From Candidatus Bathyarchaeota archaeon (GTDB lineage: Archaea > Thermoproteota > Bathyarchaeia > 40CM-2-53-6 > RBG-13-38-9): a stretch of 64,000 nucleotides of DNA. The notes beneath the pieces are model-generated. The model was not told the origin of the DNA. It worked only from the letters and a program-made list of their open reading frames with translations, and ran no database searches. How positions within the stretch are numbered: position 1 is the first letter of the stretch; every line of letters starts with the position of its first letter. The stretch is taken from NCBI GenBank assembly GCA_963807605.1, contig CAWECG010000004.1, forward strand, positions 384,001-448,000. Direction: 5' to 3'. This document shows, piece after piece, positions 39,606 to 48,672 of this stretch. The position numbers and the translations under genes were made by a program.

Positions 39606-41282
39606 ATGGAACGTTCTGAAGAGATACTTACCGGACTCAAGCAAAGACTCGGTGCAGACTTCATCTCGGAATCAAGAAGCGCCCCGAACACCTTCTGGAT
39701 TCACATCCAAAGAGGAAGAGTGAGGGAAGTAGCTAGCTATCTTACCAATGAGATCCATGGAAGGCTAAGTCACATCTCAACGATCGACAAGGGCTTGGAT
39801 GGCTACGAGGTCGTATATCATTACGCCCTAGACCACCTTGAAAAATTCCTACACCTGAACCTCAAAGTCCAGCTTCCCATAGACGAAGCTGAAATCGAAT
39901 CCGTCTCCCGGGAAGCTCCGGAGTCGTCCTGGTCGGAGCGAGAGATGATGGAGTTTACTCCAGTACAGTTCAAAGGCCATCCGGATCCCAGGCATCTCTG
40001 GCTACCCTACGAGTGGCCAAACGCTGTTGAGAGTGAAAAGTGTGAACATTTCATCGACAAGGTCGGCGACCCGTCACCGTTAGGAAATTCATCTAGGAAT
40101 GCTGAGGCTACGCTAATACCTCTTGGCCCCTATCATCCTCTGCTCATAGAAGGCGCATACTTCCGAGTGAAAGTTGATGGTGAAGAAATAACAGACGTGG
40201 ATGTGAAATTGGGGTGGAATCACCGAGGAATAATGAAACTCTTTGAGGGGCGCAGCTACACAAGAGGTGTCTTTCTGGCAGAACGGATCTGCGGCATATG
40301 TAATGTTACCCACACCACGGCATATCTGAATGCAGTCGAATCTCTGAGTGGGGCAGAGATCCCTCCTCGCGCACGCTATATTCGAACATTGATGGCTGAA
40401 CTTGAGAGAATTCACAGTCACCTCCTTTGGTTGGGAGTTGCTGGAGACCTGATTGGGTTCAGGACGCTCTTCATGCTCTCTTGGAAGGTGAGAGAACAGG
40501 TACTGGACATTTTCGAGTTGTTGACTGGAAGCAGAAGAGCTCCTGCAATGAACCTTATCGGTGGAGTAAGGAAAGATGTGACTGGCGAAACCTCCACCAA
40601 GATAGAAACGCGTCTTCGTAGCGTAAAGAAGGAAGCGGAGAAACTAATCGAAATAGTCTACAACCACTCGGTTGCGAGAAAGAGGCTTCAAGACATTGGA
40701 AAACTAGATCTTGACACGGCAAGGAAAACCGGAGTTGTAGGACCCACTGCGCGAGCCAGTGGATGGAAACTCGATACTCGCTTGTCAAGCCCCTACGCAG
40801 CATACGCGGCTGAATACACAACATGGGATGTCGTGACCGATGACGGAGGGGATGTCTGGGCTAGGACAGTCGTTCGACTAAAGGAGATTATCGTCTCGAT
40901 CAGCATAATTCTACAATGCCTTGAGGGGCTGGACCGCGTAAGCGGAGGAATACTGAGTGAGCCTGTCGATCCTAAAGACTTCAAACTGACTGAGGCCATC
41001 GGAAAGGCTGAGGCGCCAAGAGGCGAACTTTTCTACTATATCGTGTCAGACGGAACAAACATACCCCATAGCGTACGAATAAGAACCCCGAGCTTCAGAA
41101 ATATCTCGATAGTGCCAAGACTTCTGAAAGGACACACGGTTGCAGACGCACCAATAATCGTGGGAAGCATAGACCCTTGTTACTCTTGCACAGACCGCGT
41201 AGTAATTGTGAAAGACTCACCATCAGACTCTTCAAACAAATTTCTGCCTGACACGAATCGGAAGGGAGTGAAATGGCCGTAG
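39606..41282 (+). CDS. Group 4 [NiFe]-hydrogenase large subunit, fused NuoC+NuoD (HycE-like)
   Basis: ERE...F.GHPDPR (NuoC part); GPYHP, HRG, ERICGIC (L1), EAPRGE, DPCYSCTDR (L2) plus a C-terminal extension. Confidence 0.95.
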   Translation: MERSEEILTGLKQRLGADFISESRSAPNTFWIHIQRGRVREVASYLTNEIHGRLSHISTIDKGLDGYEVVYHYALDHLEKFLHLNLKVQLPIDEAEIESVSREAPESSWSEREMMEFTPVQFKGHPDPRHLWLPYEWPNAVESEKCEHFIDKVGDPSPLGNSSRNAEATLIPLGPYHPLLIEGAYFRVKVDGEEITDVDVKLGWNHRGIMKLFEGRSYTRGVFLAERICGICNVTHTTAYLNAVESLSGAEIPPRARYIRTLMAELERIHSHLLWLGVAGDLIGFRTLFMLSWKVREQVLDIFELLTGSRRAPAMNLIGGVRKDVTGETSTKIETRLRSVKKEAEKLIEIVYNHSVARKRLQDIGKLDLDTARKTGVVGPTARASGWKLDTRLSSPYAAYAAEYTTWDVVTDDGGDVWARTVVRLKEIIVSISIILQCLEGLDRVSGGILSEPVDPKDFKLTEAIGKAEAPRGELFYYIVSDGTNIPHSVRIRTPSFRNISIVPRLLKGHTVADAPIIVGSIDPCYSCTDRVVIVKDSPSDSSNKFLPDTNRKGVKWP

Positions 41283-42286
41283 GAAACCTGTTCGCGATGA
41301 CTTCTTTAGCGGGCATTATACTTGTGCCTCTCGCAAGCTTCTTCCTGGGCGTAATCTATAGCTATGAGATACGGAAGATCTCGGCCCGACTCCAATCGAG
41401 GAGTGGCCCGTGGCTTCTTGTTCCCAAGTCTCTCAGACATGCTCTCGGCACAACTAGGATTTTCCAGCCTCTCTTTGACATCCTCAAGCTGCTCTACAAG
41501 GAATCTCTGGTTCCTCACACCGCCAAGACCAGACTCTTTCGATTAGCACCCTACACTGGTCTGATCTGTTTGGTCGCCGCCGCCACTCTGATACCCTTTG
41601 CCGGCTACTCGCCCTTTGCCTCTTTCGAACTCAGCCTTGTCGCTGTTTTGTATCTCCTTCTAGGCGTCCCCTTCGCATCCATACTGGGCGGTGCTGCGAG
41701 CTCCTCACCTTGGGGAGTGCTGGGAAGTCAGAGGGAGGCAGAGCTGATGCTGGCATGTGAGACACCCCTTGCTATCGGAGCATTTACCGCCGCAGTAATG
41801 GCTAACACTCTATCAATACAGAAGATCCTCAGCGTACAGATATCCTGGTACCCCTTCCTGATTCTGAACCCATTTGCAGCGGCCGCCTTCCTACTCGCAA
41901 TCGTCGGCAAACTCCATCTCAAACCATTCGACATGCCTGAGGCCGAAGTTGAGATCGTGGCAGGACCGACAACGGAGTACAGTGGAAGTCTGCTTGGAAT
42001 CATTGAGATAGGTAAGGTTCTTCTGATCTCAGTCATCGTAACTCTCTTCATCGACCTGTTCTTGGCAGGCGGATTCATACTAGGGCTTGAATATCCCCTG
42101 AGGACTCTCGCATTCGTTATCGAAGGCATTGTGATCATTTCCTTGATCGCTCTCATACACACGCTGAACCCTCGGTTCAGGATCGATCAGGCCTTAGCAT
42201 GGTATGTGAAGGGCCCCACAGTTCTAGCTGCAGTAGGACTAGCTTGGGCCTACGTCCTACGATACTTATACCCAGCCATCCTGTGA
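41273..42286 (+). CDS. Hydrogenase membrane subunit (HycD/NuoH/EchB)
   Basis: RKISARLQSR.GP, QPLFDILKLL.KE, PFDMPEAE.EIVAG...EYSG, PRFR. Confidence 0.93.
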   Translation: MAVGNLFAMTSLAGIILVPLASFFLGVIYSYEIRKISARLQSRSGPWLLVPKSLRHALGTTRIFQPLFDILKLLYKESLVPHTAKTRLFRLAPYTGLICLVAAATLIPFAGYSPFASFELSLVAVLYLLLGVPFASILGGAASSSPWGVLGSQREAELMLACETPLAIGAFTAAVMANTLSIQKILSVQISWYPFLILNPFAAAAFLLAIVGKLHLKPFDMPEAEVEIVAGPTTEYSGSLLGIIEIGKVLLISVIVTLFIDLFLAGGFILGLEYPLRTLAFVIEGIVIISLIALIHTLNPRFRIDQALAWYVKGPTVLAAVGLAWAYVLRYLYPAIL

Positions 42287-42296
42287 GGTTGCAACG

Positions 42297-42875
42297 GTGA
42301 AATCGGGCTTAACCAAGCTTACCAGAGTACTCATCGGGAACGTCTTTCGCCCCGTTACTGTGGACTACCCAGTGAAAAGTCAACAAGTCGGAGATGTTAC
42401 CATTAACCAAGAGGAGGCTAGAGGGAAACATAGCTTCGATGACGAAAAGTGCATCGGGTGCGGAGCCTGTACCGTCGTATGTTCCAGTGGCGCAATCACA
42501 GAATCAGATGTGCAATTTGAGAGGAGCCTAAAGGTAGAGCTCGGTCGGTGCATATTCTGCGGGAGATGTCGCGACATCTGTCCTGAGAAAGGACTTGAAT
42601 TGACACCTCAATTTGAACTCTCCCAGACCGGAAAGGGTGCAGAAGATTCAATAAAAGTTGAACATACGATCCAGCTTGGAAAATGCGAAAGCTGCGGTCG
42701 AGCAACCTTTCCAATGAAACAGATAGACACGGTCGTCAAGAGAGCTCTTGAGAAGATAGATCTAGCGAACAAGATAACTGCCGGCAGGGACATGGAAGTC
42801 TACGTGAGATATTGCTCTGACTGTCGAAGAACCCAGAGTTACCTCCTGAATATTCACCCACGCAAATCGTACTAG
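42297..42875 (+). CDS. Hydrogenase 2x[4Fe-4S] subunit (HycF/NuoI)
   Basis: CIGCGACTVVC and CIFCGRCRDICP, plus HycF-like C-terminal CESC...CSDC. Confidence 0.92.
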   Translation: MKSGLTKLTRVLIGNVFRPVTVDYPVKSQQVGDVTINQEEARGKHSFDDEKCIGCGACTVVCSSGAITESDVQFERSLKVELGRCIFCGRCRDICPEKGLELTPQFELSQTGKGAEDSIKVEHTIQLGKCESCGRATFPMKQIDTVVKRALEKIDLANKITAGRDMEVYVRYCSDCRRTQSYLLNIHPRKSY

Positions 42876-42890
42876 ACCCACGGTGAGATT

Positions 42891-43340
42891 GTGAGGCTCG
42901 ATCTGAAAGGTAAGGTACGTTCATATTCACCTTGGATCTTCCACGCCCATGCTGGTGGCTGCAACAATTGCGATATCGAGCTGGCTGCATGTTTTGCTCC
43001 GCGCTTCGACCTCGAGAGGATGGGTGTTCAACTTAGAAACAACCCTCGCCACGCAGACATATTTCTGGTAACGGGACCCGCGCCAAAGCAGATCGCCCCA
43101 ATTCTACAGCGGATATACAGTCAAGTACCTAACCCGAAGGTCACGATCGCGTGCGGATCTTGCGCCATCACTGGCGGGATATACAACCGCGACGACGGAA
43201 AAGCAAACTACGCACTTGGCGGTCCAATAGAGAAACTCATTCCCGTCGATGTCTTGATTCCCGGATGCCCACCAAGACCAGAATCTATAATAGAAGGCCT
43301 CATGTTAGCTTTGGAAAAGCTTAGGAAGAAGACGACTTGA
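42891..43340 (+). CDS. Hydrogenase small subunit (HycG/NuoB/EchC)
   Basis: GGCNNCDIE, PRHAD, GSCA..GG, PGCPPRP. Confidence 0.94.
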   Translation: MRLDLKGKVRSYSPWIFHAHAGGCNNCDIELAACFAPRFDLERMGVQLRNNPRHADIFLVTGPAPKQIAPILQRIYSQVPNPKVTIACGSCAITGGIYNRDDGKANYALGGPIEKLIPVDVLIPGCPPRPESIIEGLMLALEKLRKKTT

Positions 43341-43365
43341 GATTCCTAGGCAGGTGATTTTTTAA

Positions 43366-43800
43366 TTGGTCAAAGTTGATGAATTCGACTTACCAGACGA
43401 ACTGTACTACCTCGAAGAGGGAAGAAGCTGGGCAAAGGTCGAGCCTGATGGTAACGTGCGGGTCGGACTCTCTGACATAGCCATCAAGATGGCAGCGGAT
43501 ATAATCTACATACGCCTCAAGCCAAAGGGTGCAGTCGTCGAGCGGGGTAAAGGCTTCGGAACAATGGAAAGCTCAAAATGGGTTGGACCTCTCAAATCAC
43601 CAGTATCAGGAACAATAATCAGCGTCAATGAAGTGCTAACCAAGAATCCAAGCGTGATGGTGAAAGACTCGTATGGCGGAGGGTGGACCGTGATCATCCA
43701 ACCGACAAACCTAGAGAATGACATAAAGGGTCTTCTTCATACGCCCGAACAACTCACCGCATGGGCGACAAAGGAAAAGGCGAACCTTCAGAAAAAATAG
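43366..43800 (+). CDS. Glycine-cleavage H-like lipoyl-carrier protein
   Basis: LYY....W, VRVGLSD.A, GTMESSKWVG (lipoyl-Lys position), SPVSG...VN, DSYGGGW. Confidence 0.9.
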   Translation: MVKVDEFDLPDELYYLEEGRSWAKVEPDGNVRVGLSDIAIKMAADIIYIRLKPKGAVVERGKGFGTMESSKWVGPLKSPVSGTIISVNEVLTKNPSVMVKDSYGGGWTVIIQPTNLENDIKGLLHTPEQLTAWATKEKANLQKK

Positions 43801-43861
43801 AGCAATGCCGATGAAACGGTAAGCAACTTCATCAACAATAGATTCTTGCCGGACATCTAAG

Positions 43862-45244
43862 ATGAATAAGGAACAAGTAGACGAGCTCGCCTCGATTGTC
43901 GGGCCGCAGAACGTATCCACCGAGATTCTTGAATTAGAGGTCTATTCACGCGACCCTACGGTCGTCAGGGGAATAGCGGAGGCCGTAGTCTGGCCCATAG
44001 ACGCTGAACAAATAAGTAAGGTCATGGCATTTGCCAACAAGACCAAGATTCCTATCTACCCAAGAGGGGCGGGAAGCAGCCTCTGTGGCGGCCCAGTCCC
44101 TCTGGAACGTGGAATCGTTCTCTCCCTCGAGAGGATGAATAAGATCCTTGAGATAGACGTTGAGAACCTCCAATTTCTAGCCGAGGCGGGCGCGAGCATC
44201 CGGGAGATAAACGACGCACTCAAACCCCTCAATCTGTTCATTCCGCCCGACCCTGCCAGTGAGGTAGCATGCACGATAGGAGGATGCGTCGCAAATAATG
44301 CCGGTGGCATCCATGCGGTGAAATATGGCACCTTTAAGGACTGGGTTCTAGGCGTTGAGCTGGTCTTACCCACTGGGGAGATAGTCTCGACAGGAACAAA
44401 GACGAGGAAGAGCGTCTCTGGGTATGATCTGACGGGCCTAATAACGGGTTCCGAGGGGACTCTGGCAGTCATAACCAAGGTCCGGGCAAGAGTTGTAGCA
44501 GTTCCGGAGAGTCGAATGGTAACCACCGCATACTTCAACACTGCCGAAGATGCCGGCAGAGCATCGTTCAAGATAATGGTCAGAGGCCTCAATCCCTCTG
44601 CAATCGAACTCCTTGACAAGACTACTATGCAGACAATCTCACAGTACCTGACGATGAAGTTGCCACCAGCTGGTGCAATGCTCATCTTGGAATTTGATGG
44701 CCCCCGAGGTGACGTCGATTACCGAATGGGTGTGGCAGAGAACATCTGCAAAGAGGAGGGGGTGATAGAAGTCAAGGTCTCTGCTACAGAGGACGAGAGC
44801 TTAAGCCTTTGGAGTGCTAGGAAAACCGCCTTTCAGTCTCTGGCTGTCCTAGGCAAGACATCAATCCTGATAGAAGACATCACGGTGCCTATCAGCAGAG
44901 TCCCTGAGATGCTCCGCCACATACATGAGATAGCTGAGAAATACGCAATATTAGTCCCAACATTCGGTCATGTTGGAGATGGGAATCTCCATCCCCACGT
45001 ACTCTACGACGAAGAGAACCGAGATGAGTACGACAAGGCCATGGCGGCCACGGACGAGATCTTCAAGACGGCCGTGGAACTTGATGGGACTATATCAGGT
45101 GAACATGGAATAGGCGTACTCAAGAAAAAGTTCTTTCCCCTCGAACACGATTCAATAGAGACAGCCGTAATGAAGAGGATCAAAAAGCTCTTCGATCCCA
45201 ACAATATCCTAAATCCACATAAAATCTTCCCAGAAGAGGAGTGA
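43862..45244 (+). CDS. FAD-linked 2-hydroxyacid dehydrogenase (GlcD / D-lactate dehydrogenase family)
   Basis: PRGAGSSL.GG, PDPAS...TIGG, GYDL...GSEGTL, GHVGDGNLH, GEHGIG, NPHKI. Confidence 0.93.
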   Translation: MNKEQVDELASIVGPQNVSTEILELEVYSRDPTVVRGIAEAVVWPIDAEQISKVMAFANKTKIPIYPRGAGSSLCGGPVPLERGIVLSLERMNKILEIDVENLQFLAEAGASIREINDALKPLNLFIPPDPASEVACTIGGCVANNAGGIHAVKYGTFKDWVLGVELVLPTGEIVSTGTKTRKSVSGYDLTGLITGSEGTLAVITKVRARVVAVPESRMVTTAYFNTAEDAGRASFKIMVRGLNPSAIELLDKTTMQTISQYLTMKLPPAGAMLILEFDGPRGDVDYRMGVAENICKEEGVIEVKVSATEDESLSLWSARKTAFQSLAVLGKTSILIEDITVPISRVPEMLRHIHEIAEKYAILVPTFGHVGDGNLHPHVLYDEENRDEYDKAMAATDEIFKTAVELDGTISGEHGIGVLKKKFFPLEHDSIETAVMKRIKKLFDPNNILNPHKIFPEEE

Positions 45245-45247
45245 CCC

Positions 45248-46402
45248 TTGAACTTCAGGCCGACTCTTGGCAAAGAATTGAGCTACGAACTGAACAAGTG
45301 CTTCAGATGCGGTTTCTGCAGAAGCCAGTGTCCCATCTACCAATCGAAGCAGAATGAGACATGGAATGCACGAGGAAGAATGATGACCGTCCAGCTTATG
45401 AGAGAGGGAAAGTTGGGACTGGATGAAAAAGTGCTTGACCGGATCTACACATGCGCCCTATGCAAAGCATGTGAGAAGATTTGCCCCGGACTGGTAAAAG
45501 TCACAGATATCGTTAGAGAAGTCAGACGCCAACTTGTTGAGATCAATAGCGGGCCTCTTCCTGAACACCTTAAGATGTCGGAGAACATCGCTTCCACAAA
45601 GAACATCTTGGCTATGAAATCGAGAACTCCCGAACTCCAAGGAGCTATTGACAGGCTGCCCAAGACGGCCGACACAATCGTATTCATGGGATGCGTAGCC
45701 CAATACGTCTATCCCAAGCACCTGACCGCACTCTTCAAGATACTAGAAAAAACAAAGACAGAATTCACAGTCCTAAATGACGAACTCTGCTGCGGAAGCT
45801 TCCTAGCCGAACTCGGCCTGACGAAGGAAGCAAAGAATGTTCTGACGGAGACAGCCAACTCGCTTAGAGAGTGGGATGTTAAGAGAATAGTCACCCTATG
45901 TCCAATGTGCTACAACACGTTCAAGAATGACCTTCCCAAGCTGGAGATCACACCAGCCATCAAGGTCCAACACTCGACACAACTACTGGAGGAAGCCCTC
46001 ACAAAAGGAACCCTCAAGCTCTCATCGCCGGTGAAGATGAAGCTGGCTTACAAAGATCCATGCCACCTTGGAAGATACGCCGAAGTCTACGATACGCCTA
46101 GGAACATACTCAAAATGATCGACGGGGTAGAACTCGTCGAGTTAGATCGGACCAAAGAATTTGCGAGATGCTGCGGAGGAACCATAAGAATTCCCTACTC
46201 CGAATTACGGAATGATCTGTGCAAGAACTTCTTCGATGAGGTCTTGAAGTCTAAGGTTGAGGGTGTCGTTACATCATGCCCCTCCTGCTTCCACAACCTC
46301 TACTCAACAGCACCTTACGAGATAAAAGGCATATTCGACATCCACGAGATTCTTGCTCACGCACTCGGCACACTTGAGAAGATCCCATCTTACGAGTATT
46401 AG
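45248..46402 (+). CDS. Fe-S/CCG-domain protein (GlcF/HdrD-like)
   Basis: CFRCGFCRSQCP, CALCKACEKICP, FMGC, CCG, CPMC, DPCHLGR, CCGG, CPSC. Confidence 0.92.
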   Translation: MNFRPTLGKELSYELNKCFRCGFCRSQCPIYQSKQNETWNARGRMMTVQLMREGKLGLDEKVLDRIYTCALCKACEKICPGLVKVTDIVREVRRQLVEINSGPLPEHLKMSENIASTKNILAMKSRTPELQGAIDRLPKTADTIVFMGCVAQYVYPKHLTALFKILEKTKTEFTVLNDELCCGSFLAELGLTKEAKNVLTETANSLREWDVKRIVTLCPMCYNTFKNDLPKLEITPAIKVQHSTQLLEEALTKGTLKLSSPVKMKLAYKDPCHLGRYAEVYDTPRNILKMIDGVELVELDRTKEFARCCGGTIRIPYSELRNDLCKNFFDEVLKSKVEGVVTSCPSCFHNLYSTAPYEIKGIFDIHEILAHALGTLEKIPSYEY

Positions 46403-46449
46403 ACTCGCCAAAGTACGTAGGACCGTTATCTCTTACCCAGTTCTCTTCT

Positions 46450-47349
46450 TCATTCTCGTTTTCGTTCATTCGCAGCTAGAACTTCAAAAAGAATCTTGGC
46501 AGCCTGTGCTGCAGTGGTCCCATGATCATAGTTGGGACAGACCTCAACCAAGTCCAGTCCGACCAGATCTCTGCCCACGATTCTCTCCAGAATATCTATC
46601 ACTGAGAAGTTTTCAAGACCGTCTCCCTCTGGGTTTCCAACCCCTGGAGCGTAGGCAGGATCGAGGACATCGATGTCCAAGGTGATATATCTGCTCTTGA
46701 ACCTGCTCAGCTTTGAGTTAATTAACTCGGCTATCTTTCCTGTCCCTTGATTTCGAACGTCGTAAGTTGAATAGAAGGTTATTCCGCTCTCTCTGGCAAA
46801 CTGCAACTCTTCTCTTGCGACGGCTCTTGTTCCAACCTCGATTATTCGCTCAGGCCCTATCTGCTCAGCGAGTCTCCGCATGTAGGTTGTATGCGAGACC
46901 CGCTCACCCATGTATTCATCCCTAAGGTCTAGGTGAGCGTCGAAGTCTACTACTGCAACGTCTTTCCCAAGTGCTTTGACGGAGCCATATGTTAGGGTGT
47001 GTTCGCCGCCGAGTAGAAGTGGCACCTTTCCTGCTTCCCTTATTTCGCGAACGGAAAGTTCCAAGCGTCTTAGCGTCTCTTCGATATTATCTACAACGAC
47101 GAGATCTCCCGCATCGCATATCTCAATGTCTTCTACATCTAAACCTGATCTGAGGCTGTAAGTCTCAATATTGAGAGATGCCTCTCTGATCGCGCTCGGT
47201 CCCAGAGCCGATCCGCTCCTGTACGTGCTTGTCCGATCGTAGGGAAAGCCAATTACCACATATTTCGCTTGGTCAAAATCTTGGTTGTAACCACTGAAAG
47301 GCTTCTCCACAGACGTATAGAGTCTAAGGTTGTCTCCCCTTATTGGCAA
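46450..47349 (-). CDS. speB: Agmatinase
   Basis: GPSAIREAS, GGEH, DAHLD, SH, DIDVLDP..APG, VEV. Confidence 0.93.
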   Translation of the reverse strand: MPIRGDNLRLYTSVEKPFSGYNQDFDQAKYVVIGFPYDRTSTYRSGSALGPSAIREASLNIETYSLRSGLDVEDIEICDAGDLVVVDNIEETLRRLELSVREIREAGKVPLLLGGEHTLTYGSVKALGKDVAVVDFDAHLDLRDEYMGERVSHTTYMRRLAEQIGPERIIEVGTRAVAREELQFARESGITFYSTYDVRNQGTGKIAELINSKLSRFKSRYITLDIDVLDPAYAPGVGNPEGDGLENFSVIDILERIVGRDLVGLDLVEVCPNYDHGTTAAQAAKILFEVLAANERKRE

Positions 47350-47526
47350 AGCCTAATCTCACCCACAGCCATCACCTTGACTAAAGACACGACATGATTA
47401 GATGCGGAACACTCGCCTTATAGTATGTGGTTTTTCAGTAATTGGTCTCAAAGCGAGCACATCGAAGATTCAAGACAATCTATTTATTACCTTTCCAAGA
47501 TAGCTTGGGGTCTATCGGTGCAAAAG

Positions 47527-47946
47527 ATGAGCGAATCCTCCGGAAAGTCTAGAAGTCGATCCCTGCTGTTTGCAGCCGGATTCTATGTCGCGGTGGGCCT
47601 CTACTTAATTGCCTTCAGTTTGGGCTCAAGCACTGATCTGCTTAGCCTGATTGTACTGGCTGTTGCATCAATTCTTGGTGGCGTCGGACTCTATATGTTG
47701 AAGCGTTGGGGCTTCTGGCTTGCGATAGCGGTCTTCCCTTTGCTTGCCACGGTGGCGGCTTCTACACTGTCCTTCTCAATCGGTATTCCGTCGGAAAGCA
47801 CTGGTGCAAGAGCGATGCTTTTTGACGTGTCCTTGGGAATCGTGCTCATTCTCTCGTTTGTATCTGTCCTAATTGTTCTGGACAACAGGAGCAGTTTCAA
47901 GAAGGGCTCTTCTGAACCTCCTCTTTCCAAGCCTGATCGCAGTTAG
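47527..47946 (+). CDS. Four-TM membrane protein
   Basis: Hydrophobic helices; start taken at ATG 47527. Confidence 0.65.
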   Translation: MSESSGKSRSRSLLFAAGFYVAVGLYLIAFSLGSSTDLLSLIVLAVASILGGVGLYMLKRWGFWLAIAVFPLLATVAASTLSFSIGIPSESTGARAMLFDVSLGIVLILSFVSVLIVLDNRSSFKKGSSEPPLSKPDRS

Positions 47947-48672
47947 AAAGAACTCAAGAATATCTTTCTTGGAGAGCTTTGAGACTCCTTCCGCCCTGTC
48001 TTGGAATACTATTGGAACGGTGCCGATTCTGAATCCTTTTTCGGAAGCCACTGCCAGAATTTCTATCTGAAAGGCGTAGCCACTTGACTTGAAGTTTTCA
48101 AAATCGATCGACTCGATCATTTTGCGGCGGTAGAGCCTGAATCCCGATGTTACATCTGAAATCTTTATGCCGGCGAGCCACCTTCCTAACATATTGCCAA
48201 ACTTGGAGACCGCCTTTCGGTAGACCCCCCATCCGACGATAGAACCCCCTTCAGTTCTTCTTGAACCAACAACGACATCAAATCCTTCAGAATACTTTTG
48301 TAGAAATGCAGGTATATACTTCGGGTCATGTGACAGGTCCGCATCCATGACTATAACTGGGTCACCTTGCGTTGCCTTCAGAGCCTCAACAATTGCGCCC
48401 CCAAGGCCGGTGCTCTTCTGTTCTATTACTTTGACACCCATTGTTCGGAGTCGAACTGGGGTGTCGTCATCAGATTTGTCAATCGCCAGTATGTCAAAGT
48501 CTTGGTTTTGTGACTGCATCGTCTGCCTGAGCTGGGTGACTAAATCTTCGACCCGAGGTTCATTTCTTGTCGGGATAGCTATTGAGAGCACGTCGTTTAC
48601 CGGCTTTTCATAGTTTTCGGTGACTGCAGTCTTACTGGGTATCGATGGCTCCGTACTTTGTGGTTCTCTCAA
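47869..48672 (-). CDS. GT2 polyprenol/dolichol-phosphate glycosyltransferase (DPM1-like)
   Basis: IPTRNE, D.SDD, GLG.A, MDADLSH, GSR, DVTSGFR, GYAFQIE. Confidence 0.9.
   Translation of the reverse strand: MREPQSTEPSIPSKTAVTENYEKPVNDVLSIAIPTRNEPRVEDLVTQLRQTMQSQNQDFDILAIDKSDDDTPVRLRTMGVKVIEQKSTGLGGAIVEALKATQGDPVIVMDADLSHDPKYIPAFLQKYSEGFDVVVGSRRTEGGSIVGWGVYRKAVSKFGNMLGRWLAGIKISDVTSGFRLYRRKMIESIDFENFKSSGYAFQIEILAVASEKGFRIGTVPIVFQDRAEGVSKLSKKDILEFFLTAIRLGKRRFRRALLETAPVVQNN

Noticed and set aside
39606-41282. Complex I/Fpo-like (non-hydrogenase) interpretation
   Set aside because: Both CxxC Ni-binding motifs are intact.
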